Part shown: positions 43,543 to 59,149 of the stretch, one piece after another | Layout of the letters: the number at the start of each line of letters is the position of its first letter | How positions within the stretch are numbered: the stretch's first letter is position 1 | Source of the DNA: Chrysomallon squamiferum | Taxonomy: Eukaryota > Animalia > Mollusca | DNA length: 64,000 bases | Assembly: GCA_012295275.1 (NCBI GenBank) | Contig: CM022665.1 | Location: forward strand, 36,208,001 to 36,272,000 | Reading direction: 5' to 3' | The notes under the pieces: generated by a model | Seen by the model: only the letters and a program-made list of their open reading frames with translations | What the model was told of the DNA's origin: nothing | Databases searched by the model: none | Made by a program: the position numbers and the translations under genes

Positions 43543-44618
43543 CAATAATAAATAAATAAATAAATAAATAAATTAATTAATTAATTAATAAATAAAGTCA
43601 GTGGGCCTTAAATTTTTCGTTCAGTATATAACGATTCTTACGTGTGGCTTTCATTCGCCGCTGTTATTTGTGTGTACATTTTTGACATTTCAAGCTAACA
43701 CAACGTAGCAGCTAGATCTTTACTATCTCTTCTCTTCTCGATATCAACAAAGCACCCTTAGTTATCACGATTATTTTGACAGCCGTTAGCAAATATAAAC
43801 AGGTCCACGTTTCGGAACGCACAATATTATGATGTGCTTAAAATAGAATAGGTATTGGTTACCAAAGATGTTCTCTGCGCATTTTAATATAGTAACAGTA
43901 AAAGTTTAAATAAAAAGAAACAATTATTAAATGGATTTCGGACCCAGTGTATTATTATTTCTTTATTATTATTATTATTATTATTGTTATTTAATTGCAT
44001 CCTATAAAATGATAATGTTGATGATACAAACAAACAAGGACAAACTCATAGGCAGAAATATATATATATATGAATACGAACATTCACACACATAACACAC
44101 ACACACTTATGTATATATATATATATATATATATATACGTGATTAATGTAAACATAAACATTACAGAATATTTGAAATAACGATTATACGCATGCATCTT
44201 TTATACGGCAAATGAGCTTAAAAGATTAATGCCAATACAAATAAATAAAATTATAGGTACGTACATTTATATATCACTGTTCTGATTTTCAGAACGCTGA
44301 AGAAAAGAGAAGAGAGAAAAAAATAAAATTCTTTCGAGTCAGATATTAAAAAAGAACAACAACAAAAAGAAAAGGAAGCCGAGGTGGATGAACGCAGTGA
44401 TCTATGGATTTTATTTATTAATTTAGCAGCTTTATAGGAAAGGCGGCAACAAGCCAACACACTATCACAATTATAAGTAGAAAATGTACACGGAGAATGA
44501 TATATGAATCAAATATAGTGAAAGTGATAGTCTGAATTAATACATTGACAGATGTGGATCCAGGACTACCTGGTAGTAAGACTGTTTTAAGTAGGTACAT
44601 GTATTCCTAACTACCCAC

Positions 44619-44801
<183 letters not shown>

Positions 44802-47800
44802 CGATTTATTTCAAATTACTGCTAATAAGTTATGGTGGCAATTGCCAGATCAAAATGCAATCAAAGTAATATCAGGATACAATTAAACGCGCCTCTAGCC
44901 GGCGGTCAGTATATTTGTCAGTATGCTGATGCGTTATAATGTGTCAGAATACAGTTCAATTTTGAATACCAAAACTGCAAGATGAATGTTTGCATGTGTG
45001 TATACATGTATGTACGTTTGTATTTATATATTTTTGTACAGACAGACATACAGACAGACAGACAGATAGACAGATACAATATATATATTTTCATTCAAAT
45101 ATATATATATACACACACACACACATACATTACGCATAAACCGACATCCATACGTACATATGCATATATCTTCTGTGTGTATGTGTTTATGTATTTGTAC
45201 ATGGATATGCCTATTCATATGAATATAATATTTATTGCGTATATATAATATATACTGCCACCAACTCAAATTCCTAATGGTGGATCTATTTTTCATTGCA
45301 TTGTACTTAATAATATTCAGTAATAATTGTAACATTACACATAACAAGACACAAAATATAAATTCTCAGAACAAACCAATCCATCCTTTATACCCTGCTA
45401 ATATTACAAGAAATACTGTATATACATATACGTATTTTCATTATTTCTCCACATAATAATAACATTTGAACACAAACACAAGATCAAGAACAGGCTGCCT
45501 AGCTAACTGACATACAAAGAGACAGTTTGACAAAGAGGCAGCCACAGAGGCATACAAGTGTCCACGCGAAATTTTGGTATTGACATACAGTGTCACGTAG
45601 AGGAGATTCAGCATAAATGTTTAACACGAGTCGACACATTCTTAATAAGGTGTGTATTGATTTCTTGATTTATGGATGCTGTGGTGCTCACTCGAACAGA
45701 GTCGAGATACATACAAAATATAACACCACGCCAAAATTAATAACGTGGCCTTGTAGCAGACGTTGTACTGCTGTCATTATTTATTTATGTTTTGTGGGTT
45801 TTTTTTGGTGTTTGGTTTGTGTGTAGGTTTGTTTTTTTGCTGTTGTAATTATTTCTGGGATTGTTTTTGTTTGATGTGTGCGTGTGTGACTGTGTGTGTA
45901 CGTATCTGTTAGAAACCGGCAATAAATAAATATTCCTTTTCTTATTTGTTTTCATTTTGGGCATACTGGGAATTTCTGGATGAGGAGGCTAGTGGCGTTG
46001 ATTTCCCGGAACTGTATACTCATAAAAAAAATAATAATAACTAAAATTTAAAAAAAAAAAAAAAAAAACAACAACAAACAAACAAATACCAATTTCTTCA
46101 TGTTTTGCCAATTTTTTAAATCTGGTTTGGCCTTGGACCTCTGTTCTGCCTGAGTCTTGTGCCCATGTACGGTGTATGGGCATAGTCGAAGAACCTTGGC
46201 AGTACGCGGTTGTTGTTTTTTCACTGATTGTAACGTAATAATTGAAAAGACGTGTAACGTGTTCATCAGTATATAGCGACAGTTTAACAAATAAGAATAA
46301 CAGAGTAATTTTTAGATAAATAATAAAAAATAAATAGAGGGTTTTTTCTCTGGGATAGTACCCTTTTTTTTTTCTCTTTTTTTTTCATTTGGCCAAGATT
46401 AAACCAGACAGGAATAACTGTGTGGACGTTTCGACTTGTATTTGTAGCAACAACAGCAGTAGTTGTGGTAGCAGCAGTACGTACAAATATAGTAAAAACA
46501 GCATAGTAATAGTAGTAGTAGTAGTAGTAGTTACTGTTGCTTTTGTTGTTGTAGTGGTAATAGTACAATTGCTGAAGACGTAGGAGTAACAGTATAAATA
46601 ATTCAGCTGATAAATGTAAACATGCATACAAACACGTAATGAACTGCCCCATTGTTTTGCACTGTAAGATTTAAAATTAAGTTTAGATACGAGAGACAGA
46701 ACTTATTTCTGTAGTGAGCTAAATCGATAAACAACAACAATTATACAGTATACGGGCACAGAAAACCACTGTTCCAGTTTACAATAATATTTGTGAGACG
46801 ATACAAATTAACTGTATTGATGTGTACTTCAAAAATTAATTTTAGAAATAAACGTGATTGACATCACAGCAATAGATTTTTTCTATGCTAATAAGGTAAG
46901 CACCTGTAATTTGAAATAAAATAGTCCGTAATAAGCAGTTTAATGTAGTAGTGCTAATGGGTCAAGAACAATCTGTCTGTCTGTCTGTCTGTCTGTATGC
47001 ATGCATGTATGTATCTCTCTTTTTCTCGGTGTATGTGTGTCTCTCTCTCTCAGTTTCTGTTAAATGAACTTTAGCTTTTCTAAATATTTTTTATTATTTT
47101 TCTGTTTGCAAGTCTGCCACCATTTTTCCATCTCTTCTTCTCTGCATTTTGTACTGTTTTTCTGTACACATCATCTCTCTGTTTTCTGTTTTACTCTCTA
47201 TTTCAGAGTTTCTTTATTTTTGTGTCTTTCTCTTTTCACATATTTCTCTTTCTAAGTAAAGTTTATTTGCAAGGATCTGTGGATCTGCATGTATGTGTGT
47301 GTGCGCGCGCGCGCGCGTGTGTATGTGCCATGAAGCATTTTTGCTCGCATCCAGACATAAACAAAACATTTGTGACTTTGTAGTTTACAATTCTTCCATA
47401 TTTGACATTCTGTGCCGTTATTTAGTAACAATGCAGAAATGGCTTCATACAAAAAGATAAATTAATGCTATTGTTCTTGCAATCTCGACATTTGCAGCAA
47501 GTCATATATTTTCAAAGATCACAAGAAAGTAATCCATTTAATAAATACATACAAAGCGAAGCCAGACAGTTGAATGTAAGTGCTAAATGCCTGGATGACA
47601 TCTCCTTTACATTATATCCGGACAAAAACCTGGTCTGCATTGAATATGAGCTGGGTGGAAATGTCAGAGATTGGAAAGGATTATACGTTCGATTGCCTTC
47701 GTGTAGAGGATTCGGTTTCGAGAATAGCGGTATATGTTGTTCACAAAACTCTGACACTAGCTGACTCTTCATGTCAACCTATTTGTTTCTTTATCGCGAA

Positions 47801-48169
47801 GCCAAAGGTTCTCAACACGTCTATAAGCATACAGATCTAAGAGGATTGCTGGAGATTAGGTTCAGGAGATGACACAATTTGTTCAGTTCGGTGCAAACAT
47901 TTTTGCAGCGGCAAATTTTTAGTACTTCGACGTAAACATGTTACTGTTACTGTTTTTATGTGTTAAATCTGTGTCAACAAGTTCACTGAAAAGTATCATA
48001 ATAACAATAAAATAAAACATATGAATAAAAACGAGACAATCGCACTGTCCAATATTAGTTCTGATTAATTCTGATATAAAATTTCAAAAAACTTGTAAGT
48101 GTATTTCTGATTGCATGCCAGCCTATTTATATCTATCTCTCTATCCATCTATCCAACTCGCCATCCATT

Positions 48170-48260
48170 TACCCATCCATCCATGTATCTATCTTTCTGT
48201 CTGTCTGTCGTCCGTCCGTCCGTCCGTCCGTCCGTCTTTCTATCTATCTATCTATCTATC

Positions 48261-48295
<35 letters not shown>

Positions 48296-48353
48296 GTCTG
48301 TCTGTTTGTCTATCTATCTGTCTCTCTGTCTGTCTGTCTGTCTGTCTGTCTAT

Positions 48354-48386
<33 letters not shown>
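48170..48386. repeat. Compound tetranucleotide microsatellite (CCAT/CTGT/CCGT/CTAT)
   Basis: Directly visible. Confidence 0.9.
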
Positions 48387-49992
48387 ATTTATATTCTTAA
48401 AAACCTTTTGTTTTCTGGAGGAAATTCAATATTTAGTCAGTTTTCGGGAAGGGTAATATAAGTTGCTGATACCTATTACATTCACATGATGCAATATCAA
48501 GTTATTGCATTTTCTTTTAATCAATTTAGAGAGTTTGGGGGTGTTTACAGTAATTGTTTTTTTCACCTATCAGGTTAAAGATGGTAAATGTCTAACTTAA
48601 TGAATGGGACACGTCTAAATAATAGCTGGGACAAATGCAAACTGTAGCCGATTTGAAAAATAAATAGCTTGCTTTTGTATCCATGCAATAACAAAAGTAA
48701 TATATATATATATATATATATATATTCGTGTGTGATTGTGTGTGTGTGTGTGTGTGTTTGTGTGTGTGTCTGAATTTTGTAATTTTATTATAGTTAAACA
48801 TATAAAAACAACAAAAAGAAACAATTAAAATCTCTTTGTGTTCGTTTTGTTGGAACGGGACATAAAATATAACATGATGCACATGGTCGACAGTGTTTGT
48901 TTTGGTGTGTGCCGTTATGACTAGAAAGAATGCTGTGATAGTGTGTTAATTCTGTGTAAACTAGCCAAATATCGTAATCTTAAGTGAAACAGATACATCA
49001 AGTTGATATTAATGCTAAAGTATGAAACATTTATAAATATAACATACAGGTTATTATCGTCTATTTTAACACTGATTTGGCGTATTTGAGCAAAACAAAA
49101 GTTCTCTATTGCAAATACTTCTACAGTCTCCCTGTCCGAAAAACGGAATATGTAAAAAGATAAAAAACAAAACAAAAAAACACACACACTCATTTTAAGT
49201 TCAGTATCATTTCTCTTGCTCTTCTAATTATGAATGATCAGGTGAACTTGCACATAACAGAGCTAAGATGAAATAAGGAAGTCATAAAATGTCAGGAACA
49301 AAGATGAATGTCATAAAATGTCTGAAACGACACGACACGACGCGACAAGAAGTAGTCTTTGTTCTCGTTTCAAATTAACGTAGCAAAATAGTATCTGCTC
49401 CTACACAAGACTGAGTGAGATGTATATTTACAATATATTTTACACTGATAAATTTTGCAAGCATTTGGTCGAAACGACTCACTCTCGTCCCTGAGTAAAA
49501 TATTTTGCATTCGCTAATGGCAAAATAACAGTGCTTTTCCGATGGGGGTGAGGGGGGAATGGGTAATTGATGTCATGTCGTAACTTACTCTATTTTACGT
49601 GATTCTAATACAAATCAGACTAAATTCAAATAAATCTTGCTTCAGTGACTTAATTATCCCGTTGTTTTATTCTCTTTTTCCTTCTTTTTTTTTATCTTAT
49701 TTTCCGTGAGATTTTTTTTTTTTTTTTTTTTAATAATATTGAAAATACGTAATGAACACAAACTTGCAGCTAGCTAACAGAGTTTTAGGAGAAATAAATA
49801 ATATAATATAATGAGTAAAGTACTGAAAAAAATTGTATAATAAAAAATGTTTTATACAGTTACATGTTATATAGATCTATAGAGTTTTATATTACAGCGT
49901 TTCTCAATAAGAAACATACCAAGATGTCAGGAGGAATATTTAATATATCAACATTTAATAACAATAACAACAATAATAATAACAACAACAAC

Positions 49993-50032
<40 letters not shown>

Positions 50033-50934
50033 TGTTTTTTATTTTATTATATATTTTATTATTATTTTTTTTTTTTTTTTGTGGTTTTTTCTTTTGTTGT
50101 TTTACTCTTCTTCTTTTTTTCTCTTTTTTTTTGTATATTATAAAATTATAAAAATGAGGGACATGAAGTGTTGAAAAACAAAACATAAAAATCTATACGT
50201 TTTACAAGATTATAAAAATATTTTTTCATTATTTGATTTTTTTATTATTAGTATTATTTATTTTTTAATTGGAATATATAAAAATCTACGGCAATTAATA
50301 CATTATAAGAACGAGGGTAAAGTAATGATAAAACATAATTAAAAAAAAAAGAACTGTTAAGTAATACACACAAATTATACACCTTTCTCAGAAACAAAAT
50401 TTTATTAAAAAAAAAATATATATATGTAACTGTAAATACAAGGATGCTAAGAAGCATAATAATATCAAATTATAAACACATATAAACAGTCGACTTGAGT
50501 TCAATTTCAGAAATTGCATTGCTTCATTTGCGTCGCCTGATCAACATTTCAGCAGTGGTGTGGTGACCTTTAAGGATTTCCTCTCGCGCTCTCCAGTCAT
50601 CGATTGTTGCTTAATGACCGTAATCCTAGGGATCAAATCGTGCACGAATTTATTTCTGCCTGCCCGCATCCCTGCCACTGATTACTCGAGTGACAATTCA
50701 AGTTAACATATCAAAATTAAGTTCGTATTAGTAAGTCCTTGGCAAGGAAATAGCCGCTTTTTGTAGCTCAGTCCGGAAACAAGCCGTTTAGCAGGCGAGA
50801 CGTGCCAGAAAAAAACATTCTGCATGAGCAACCCGAGACACGAGAACTCACCCCAGCATCCCTCTGTTTCTTTGTTTATTCATTGTAGTTGTTATTGTTG
50901 TTGTTGTTGTTGTTGTTGTTGTTATTGTTGCTGC

Positions 50935-50980
<46 letters not shown>

Positions 50981-51733
50981 ATTGTTGCTGCTGTTGCTGT
51001 TAATTTTACTGTTGTTGTTGCTGCTGATGTTGTTATTATTTTTTTTTTTGTATATATATTTTTTTAATTATTATTATTATTTTTTTTTTTTTCTTTATTG
51101 TTTGCTAACGGATGTTCTTTTTCACTTAATTATTTTTCTAATGAAAATTATTTTGAAATGACAGTTATATCACCCACTCATTTCTGAAATCCTCGATTTG
51201 CTCCGGTTCTCTGTGCATCAAGTTTTTAATTTTTTTAAGTTTATAATTCTGTCATGTATGGTTTTACGTATTACTATATTAGTATGATATAAAGTACTTA
51301 TTTATTTTTTATTTTTTATTATTATTATTATTATTATTATTTTTTTTTTTTTTTTTTTTTTTCAAGCTGTCGTACAGGTTTCAGGTTTGGAGACGTTAAC
51401 CCAGAATTCCAAAAATTACCTTTACATGTCGTCCTGACGATGTTTCTGATGAAGGTCGCTGAAAAGTATCATCACTGAACTGCGGGCAAGATGGAAACTA
51501 CAGCAGTTATTTCACTAAAATGTAAATTAATGCGCCTAGGGCTGGAATGTGATACATTCTACTGTTTATGCAAGAGAAAATTCAAGAAAGCGATTTAAAG
51601 AAGTATGCTGTGTCTTTCCTACAGCTACCATGCAATGACTTTACAAAACTATTTTATGTGTATTGAAATTTAAGTCTCAAAATATTAAAACTGATTTGAA
51701 AAGTAACTATAATTATACGTATGTATGCATTTT

Positions 51734-51809
<76 letters not shown>

Positions 51810-52309
51810 CATATGTCTACGTATGCATGTCTGTATGTATGTATGAATATATGTAATTAGGTGCCTAGTGTTTTCTTTAACTACATATGTAAGAAACGAA
51901 AACGCATCTTCTGAATGACAGAGAATATTCCTTCTTCTGAAATGGCAGTTATTATTTACACATAACAATGTTTAACTTGTATCAACTTTGTACCAGACAC
52001 AACAAACACACAAAGAGAATGTCGACCAGCTCGGGGTAAAAGATTTAAAGCAGTCGCTCAGCTTTCTGTCAGTGTGAACAGACAAGCTGGGATTACACGA
52101 TATTTTAGGAATCCATCTTGACAAACAGCTGAGTTGTCAGACGACTTAATGGTGAATCTTTATTAAAACAATCGTCTGACCGTTGTCTAGCTTTTCACTA
52201 CACACACCTGAAACACGTCTGAAGTGTAGATAACCAACAATTATAAATCTCTTTGATCTGTCATTATTTCTTCTTTTTTTCTTTGCTACATTCTTTTTCT
52301 CTCTATTTT

Positions 52310-52404
<95 letters not shown>

Positions 52405-54099
52405 CTCTCTCTCTCTCTCTACTGTATGTATGTATGTATATATATATATATGTGTGTGTGTGTTTGTGTGTATATGTATATATACATATCCATCTACCTA
52501 CCTACCTATCTCTTCATTTACATCTTTTTCTTTGTATCTATCTCTCTGATTTTCTATTCCTCACACTCATTAAAATACCACTGACGTCTGTTTGACCGAG
52601 AATTAGGTTGTATTAATGCACGCACGCACGCACGAACTCTCCATATCTCCTAGTCCCTCCTTCCCTAAGTATCACGTACTGATATCTTATATGAAGTATG
52701 CCACTTAACTGATACTGTAATACTTCTCATACTGCATTTATCAGTATTATCTAATTTAAACCATACACTCAAAAATTAACTCAGATATATACTTCATCCC
52801 AAGAAATATTATTACATTAACAGAAATATTTTTCATTAAATGTTGTTTTTATTTTCGCAAACAAAAAAAATATAAAAAAAAAAAAAAAAAAATAAAAAAA
52901 AAATAAAAAAAAAGAAGAAGATTTCTTGGGAATTTCTTCTTCATTTTGCTTCCATTAGCAAATGAAATCGTTGCTAATACCAATTATAGATAAACCATTT
53001 TGGTGGAACTGAGTAATTTCCGCAGATATCTTTTCTTTTTGTGTATCCTGTTTTCCACAAAAACGGCGCATCCTGTTTAATGTGGAGTCGCGCCCAGGTG
53101 TGTGGTTTGAGATAGCAATTTAAAATCGTTTTCCTTTTTCTCTCTTTCCTCTCAAAATAGAAACGAATCTAACAGGTGTACACGTCAGAGCCAATTCTTC
53201 AAATAGGTTTTTTTTTTTTTTTTTTTTTTTCCACTGTTACGCGAGTCCACACACGTTTGTTATAATTACGTGTCCGTGTTTACTGTAAGTAATAGAAGTT
53301 TTAACAACTTATTGAAATCATTAACCATGTTTGACTTTCACTGTCTAAACGAGTTATCTCGTCAACGGAAAAGTTATACATGTTTCTGACCGTCGGAATT
53401 CGCGTTTTAGAAAATTTCTATTCAACTACTTTTTACTCACGGTGTATCATAAAATTGTATTATTTGAGCGAAAGAGAAAGAGACAGAGAAAGCGAATGAT
53501 AGAGAGAGCCGGAGAAGATCAGAGAGAGAGAGAGAGAGGAATTTTGTAGTTCTGTACATGGTTCTGACAGAAATATTTAATTTTAATGAATATGCATGAA
53601 GCTATTTATGATATCTAAAATGTAAAGATTTTCAGATGGAAAGATACATATGTTTCTGATGAAGTTCATCTATTTAGAACTAAGAACGACATTTTTTAGG
53701 GTTTCTTATTTATTTATTTTTAATCTTTGTTACTAGTAGCTGATGTAATAATTTAAAATTACAGATCATCTCTACTCAGATATACAGAACACATTTTGTT
53801 TCTAAGTTCTCACATCTACAACAAAATGTAAATATCAGTTAACTACTTGTTCTGACCATATAGAAATACATGGTTTTGGGGGGAGGGGTTATGATTATTT
53901 TTTCATGTGATGTCTGAAAGAAGAATGTCATCTGTAGAAATGATTAGTTTAGACAACGAGGTCAAGAGCTTATGTAGAAATGAAAATGGGTGAAGTGGTT
54001 AAATATATAAGAACTGACATAATGTTTTCCCAAAATAATATGTCTAAATTCCATTTAAACCTATAATCAACGTTGCATTCAACACCATCCACTTCTTCT

Positions 54100-54440
54100 T
54101 AAATTTACTATTACTGCTACTGCTGCTACTTCTTCAACTACAACAACAATTACTGCTACTACTGCGGCTATTAATACCACCAGTACTGCTTCTAGAACCA
54201 CGACTTATATTATTGATGTTACTGCTGCTACTACTACTATCACTACGACTACTATAACTACTGAAGCTACTACTACTGCAGCGACTTCTACGACTATTTG
54301 TCCCACCACTGCTTCTACTATTACCACTGCTACTATTTCTACTAATACTGCTGTTATAAAACCCACTATTGCAATTATTACTACTGCTACTTCCATAATT
54401 ACTTGTTTTACTTCTACTACTGTTGCTGCTGCTTATTACT
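54100..54440. repeat. Degenerate (ACT)n trinucleotide tract (similar tract at about 40550-40920)
   Basis: ACT/GCT/ATT-rich periodic sequence. Confidence 0.8.
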
Positions 54441-55205
54441 ATGCTTGTTATTTAAGATCATGGTGACTGTCCTGGTGATAATATATTAAATATAACTTGT
54501 TTTAATTTTATATCTAAATTACATTTACAATGATTACAAGTGATTCTAAATTTAATCACTAAATTTTAAAATAAGAATGATCATTCTGCAAATAATAATA
54601 ATAATGTGAGGTATCTACCACGGATGTGCCTAATGTAATAATGATCATAAGAAATGTCCTTTTTATCTTTCATTCTTTACATTATTGGCAACTTTGTATC
54701 AGCGTACAGGGAACTAAATTCCCCAAGCTTTTAACTAACGGCTATGTACCATGATGGAAAAGTTCCTCTTATTCTGACATATTAACCTCTATCCTTTTCT
54801 GTGAAAGAGCAAATTCTGTTAACCTTAGTCTATTTTGTCAAGCAAGATTAGATTGATCAGTCTATGCTGTTATTCGCCTTATATCATGAATTTGTGTATG
54901 TATATACAGTTAATCTGGGTATTAAGTTTACCACTGTAAGTTAATGTGTAAAGTTCGTATCAGTTAAATGTCTACAGTTATTAAGCTAATACGTCATTCT
55001 GAATACAGATAGGTTGTCCTTTGATGTATGTATCTTTTAGATTACTTCTCTTAAGACACAGTCTTTGATCCAATAACGTACTCTTTCAGTGGTTTTACAA
55101 GATGTCTTTACTGTCCATGGCGAAATTTCTAACTTCTTGCTTTTCTCTTCGTTTAATTCTTTCTTTCACTCTTTGTCATTCTTTATGTCTGTCTGAATAC
55201 TAGGC

Positions 55206-55314
<109 letters not shown>

Positions 55315-56504
55315 TCATTTCCTATCTTTATGTATATCTCTTTATGTCTGTTTCATACTTATAAAAATTACGATAAAAGATATATGATAAAAGATTAAAG
55401 GTATTTAATTAATGTAAATTCAAGCACCAGATAACTGTCATTTAAGTATGATCAAAAGTTTAAAAACAAGATAATTAAATTAAAATATGCTTATAAATAC
55501 GATGAATTCAAGAGCCAGTTAGTTTCCTGAAGCACACCTTTGAAGTTAATCCTTTATTTGGTTCTGTTGTCTTTCTTTTGATATGTAAGAAAGAAAAATA
55601 AATCCTCATCAAACAGCTGGATTCTCTGTGTCGTCTCTTTGACTAAATAACGACTGTTATCGTGGCATGAACATCATTTCTGATCGTCTTTGGCCATATA
55701 AATAGAAATTACACACACAAACAAATAAGGAAGTAATCAAGTAAACGATGAATTGAAGTTTGTGTTAGGCAGTGTGCAAAGAAATAATTGGGAAAAAAAT
55801 TATTTTAAAAACTGACTTGACAAATACCATAAAAGTAATTTTGCATCACTACTTGCGTTATAACGTAAATACAAATGAGATCAAGCAAAGCGGCATAATA
55901 ATTAAGAGATATATAGATGTTTTCTTCAGTGAGGATAAAGAAAGAAACAGAGAGAGAGAGAGACACACAGGGGGAGTGAGAGAACCAAAAATAAAAGAGA
56001 TCGACAGATAATGAGAGAGGGACAGAGAGTCTGTTGCTGTCGTTGTTTCTCAGACAAATCTTTGCATTGTATAATTGAGGAAAATGTATCTAGTCTTTAA
56101 CTGTTGAACTAAATTAAAAGATAAAATTTCTGAGGTAAGAACCTTAAAATCACCACTACTTCATCTATATATATATATATGATCAAACGAAACATTTAAT
56201 GTTACTGAGTTTGCCTAAATCCTACCTACAGTGACAAGAAGCTATGAGCATCTTAAAATCAGCATAATTACAAATCAGCATAATAAAATACACTTTAGCA
56301 GAAAGCCAACATCAAAGAAGAAACTTTGAATATCTTTAAATTATCATAATTAAATATAAACATAACAAAGTAGAGTTGCTGTCGCTATAATTAAATCAGT
56401 GGACATAAATGTAATTCTGTTTGAGTTCTCGTTTAAATCAAATAAAGACTGACGAAAAATTTCAGAACACGTAACAGCTCAGCACGCAGTGTCATTTCTT
56501 ACAC

Positions 56505-56722
56505 CAGTGATTCTCAACTAGAGCAGTATAGTCCCATAGCAACACTACGAGAACACGAACCGAAGGCAGACGCTACATACTTTTAACACATAAACGGTTA
56601 TAACCATACTACATAATTCATCGTATTTCTATCATAAAGTAAAAATTAACCTTTGAGCCGTCAAAACTTAAAAATTGTTTGAAATGGAGCGCCGAAAAAT
56701 AAAAGGTTAACAACAGCCATAG
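56505..56722. mobile_element. Possible eroded hAT(Charlie)-like MITE
   Basis: Left end CAGTGATTCTCAAC; degenerate right end AAAAGGTTAACAACAGC followed by TTCTAGAG, a Charlie-like target consensus. Confidence 0.3.
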
Positions 56723-58123
56723 TTCTAGAGTAAGAGAAATAATTGGGTCAAAGGTCAAGGTAACATATATAAGCTTGTTTAAGGTCGTTAGCTTCAGGCA
56801 TGTGTGTAATGGGCACGGCTTCTCTATGTTCAGCTGCCACGTTTATAACAAAAACTTTGTGTTAACGATTCAGTGTAAGAACTATTAGTTCTGCGGAACC
56901 GTGCACCTTCTGCATTGGCGCCATCGCAGGAATTTCATGGCATTCGGATTCCTGGCGCCAAAACGAATTGACTAGAGCATTACAAAGACTGGTGACTTAT
57001 TTCGTAATTTTCCGCCCGGTAGTTCCGGACAAAAGCAAGTGTCGACATCCGGTTTTGACCTCGATATCGTGGGTCGAATTAGCAGCATGTTACTAACAGA
57101 AGCTTTTGTCTCGTGGTCACGATTTGTTTCCAGAATAATCAATTTTCGCCAAGTCCCCGAGTAAACCGATAAACAAAAGGCGCTTACATAAAGGATATTA
57201 CAAGAACCACCATTTATGATCAAGTTCTATCCATTTGTCATTCCTTTCATTCGATATTGTTGCTGATGTCAGATCTGTTTAATACTACAGGCAATGAACG
57301 AATAATAAAAAATAAATAAATAAATAAAAAGGAAAAAAAGAAGAAAGAAAGGTAATGTGGCTTGCGGTCTGGAAGAACGTCATTAATTATAAATGCTGTA
57401 ATTGATTTTATCGGGGGTTTTTGTCAACATTCCTTCTTTCTCTCTTTCGCTTTCCTTCTTTTCTTTCTTTATTTTAATCGACAAAAAAGTCTTTGAAGTG
57501 ACAATAGTGGTTTCCTCTCTCATGTCGTCAATATAATTCAATTCTTTTGACTTTTTCCTTTCTTTTTTCTAAAGTTCCTCCCCCCGCAACATTCTTTGTT
57601 ACGTCTTTCTTTATTTTAGCTTTCTAAATTTCAATTTTTTTTTAAATTTCAAAGAAGAGCAGTATGTAAACCTATAACAGTATATTGTCATTATGTCCTT
57701 CTTTGACTTTCTTTTAAAAATTAAGCTGAATAAAAATAACGACAGTTGTTTAAGTGGAAACTCTTCTGTCAGAAAAAAGTTTTCGTGCATTTAATTATAC
57801 ATATGCATATGTTCAGTTTACTCGTCATTCTTAAACATTTCTATAAATATTTTTTTGTATTTTAAGCAAATTTTTATTATTCATTTATTTTATTTATTTA
57901 TTTTTTTTTTTTTTTTGGAGGAAGAGGAGGAAAGAGATTATAGAGAAATATTTTAAAGAAAGAGCTGAAGACTGTGCACAAGAATGAATCATAATAATTA
58001 CTGTAATGTTGTCTAATAAGAAAGATACTGACAAATAGTGAGTTAATGTATGGGTGAGTACAAGAGTGACAGACAGAGCAAGAAACAGAGCCAGAGAGAG
58101 CGAGTGATAGAGAAAACCGGAGA

Positions 58124-58226
<103 letters not shown>

Positions 58227-59149
58227 AAATGTATTCAAAACACACATTTCACCGATATAATCAAAATTTTCGCCAGTGAAAACAGTATCATGGAGAGAGA
58301 AGAGAGACTGAAAATGAAGAAACAAGCTAAATGTATGTAGGTGAATTACTTCTGTGTTGGGCACTCAGACAGATAATCACCAGTGTAAATTGTTCTCTTT
58401 CCTGCTTTGATAAACTACTTGCCAGAATAAATAAAAATATCTGACTGAAATGAGTTTAACATTTCTTTCATTGCACAACGTAAAGGTGTTTTAATACGGT
58501 GAAATGAGAAGAAACCATGGATTACATCTACTGATAAATTATTTATACACACTGCACAATATAAAGATATATGCACATACATATGGAGTTACAGGCATAT
58601 ACAAAAAACATTGGCAAAACTACGCAGAAATTCACATTCTTTAAACAACAATAAAGATAACACAGCATTAAATTAAGTCAAATACAGACATTAAAGTGGA
58701 TAAACTTAATAACAAGGTTCCTGCTTGTGGATATGACATTTTACACCTGTTTTTGTCCAAACTACGTTTCGTCTTTAAATCGATATTAATCATAACCCGC
58801 CTTTCGGCGAAAATCCAGGATTTTGATCTTAAATGGAACATAATATTACTATCATTAAAATACGTGCGGGTAGATGTATTGAAGCTGATATTCAAAAAAA
58901 TGGTAAACTTTAATATAATAATATTTGTGAGAAGAAAGAAGAAAAAATATTCTGCCTTTCACTCATGCTCGCAGTGTTCCTAATCTGTCTCAAAATACTT
59001 AGCCGTGGACAAAACAAACTAATTTAACATTTCATTAAATCCACTAACCACAATATACACGCGTCTTCTTGTCAACCGTGAAACATTAGCATTTAATTTT
59101 GTGTATTAACAGGTCGGTTCATTCTAGTTTAACATCGTAGGCGTAATAG

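Noticed and set aside
47465-47840. Overlapping complex-sequence ORFs of 86-99 aa
   Set aside because: No recognisable motif and no consistent exon boundaries
54100-54470. Long Thr-rich, mucin-like open frame on the plus strand
   Set aside because: A degenerate (ACT)n tract is naturally stop-free in one frame; no convincing splice sites; a similar tract is at 40550-40920
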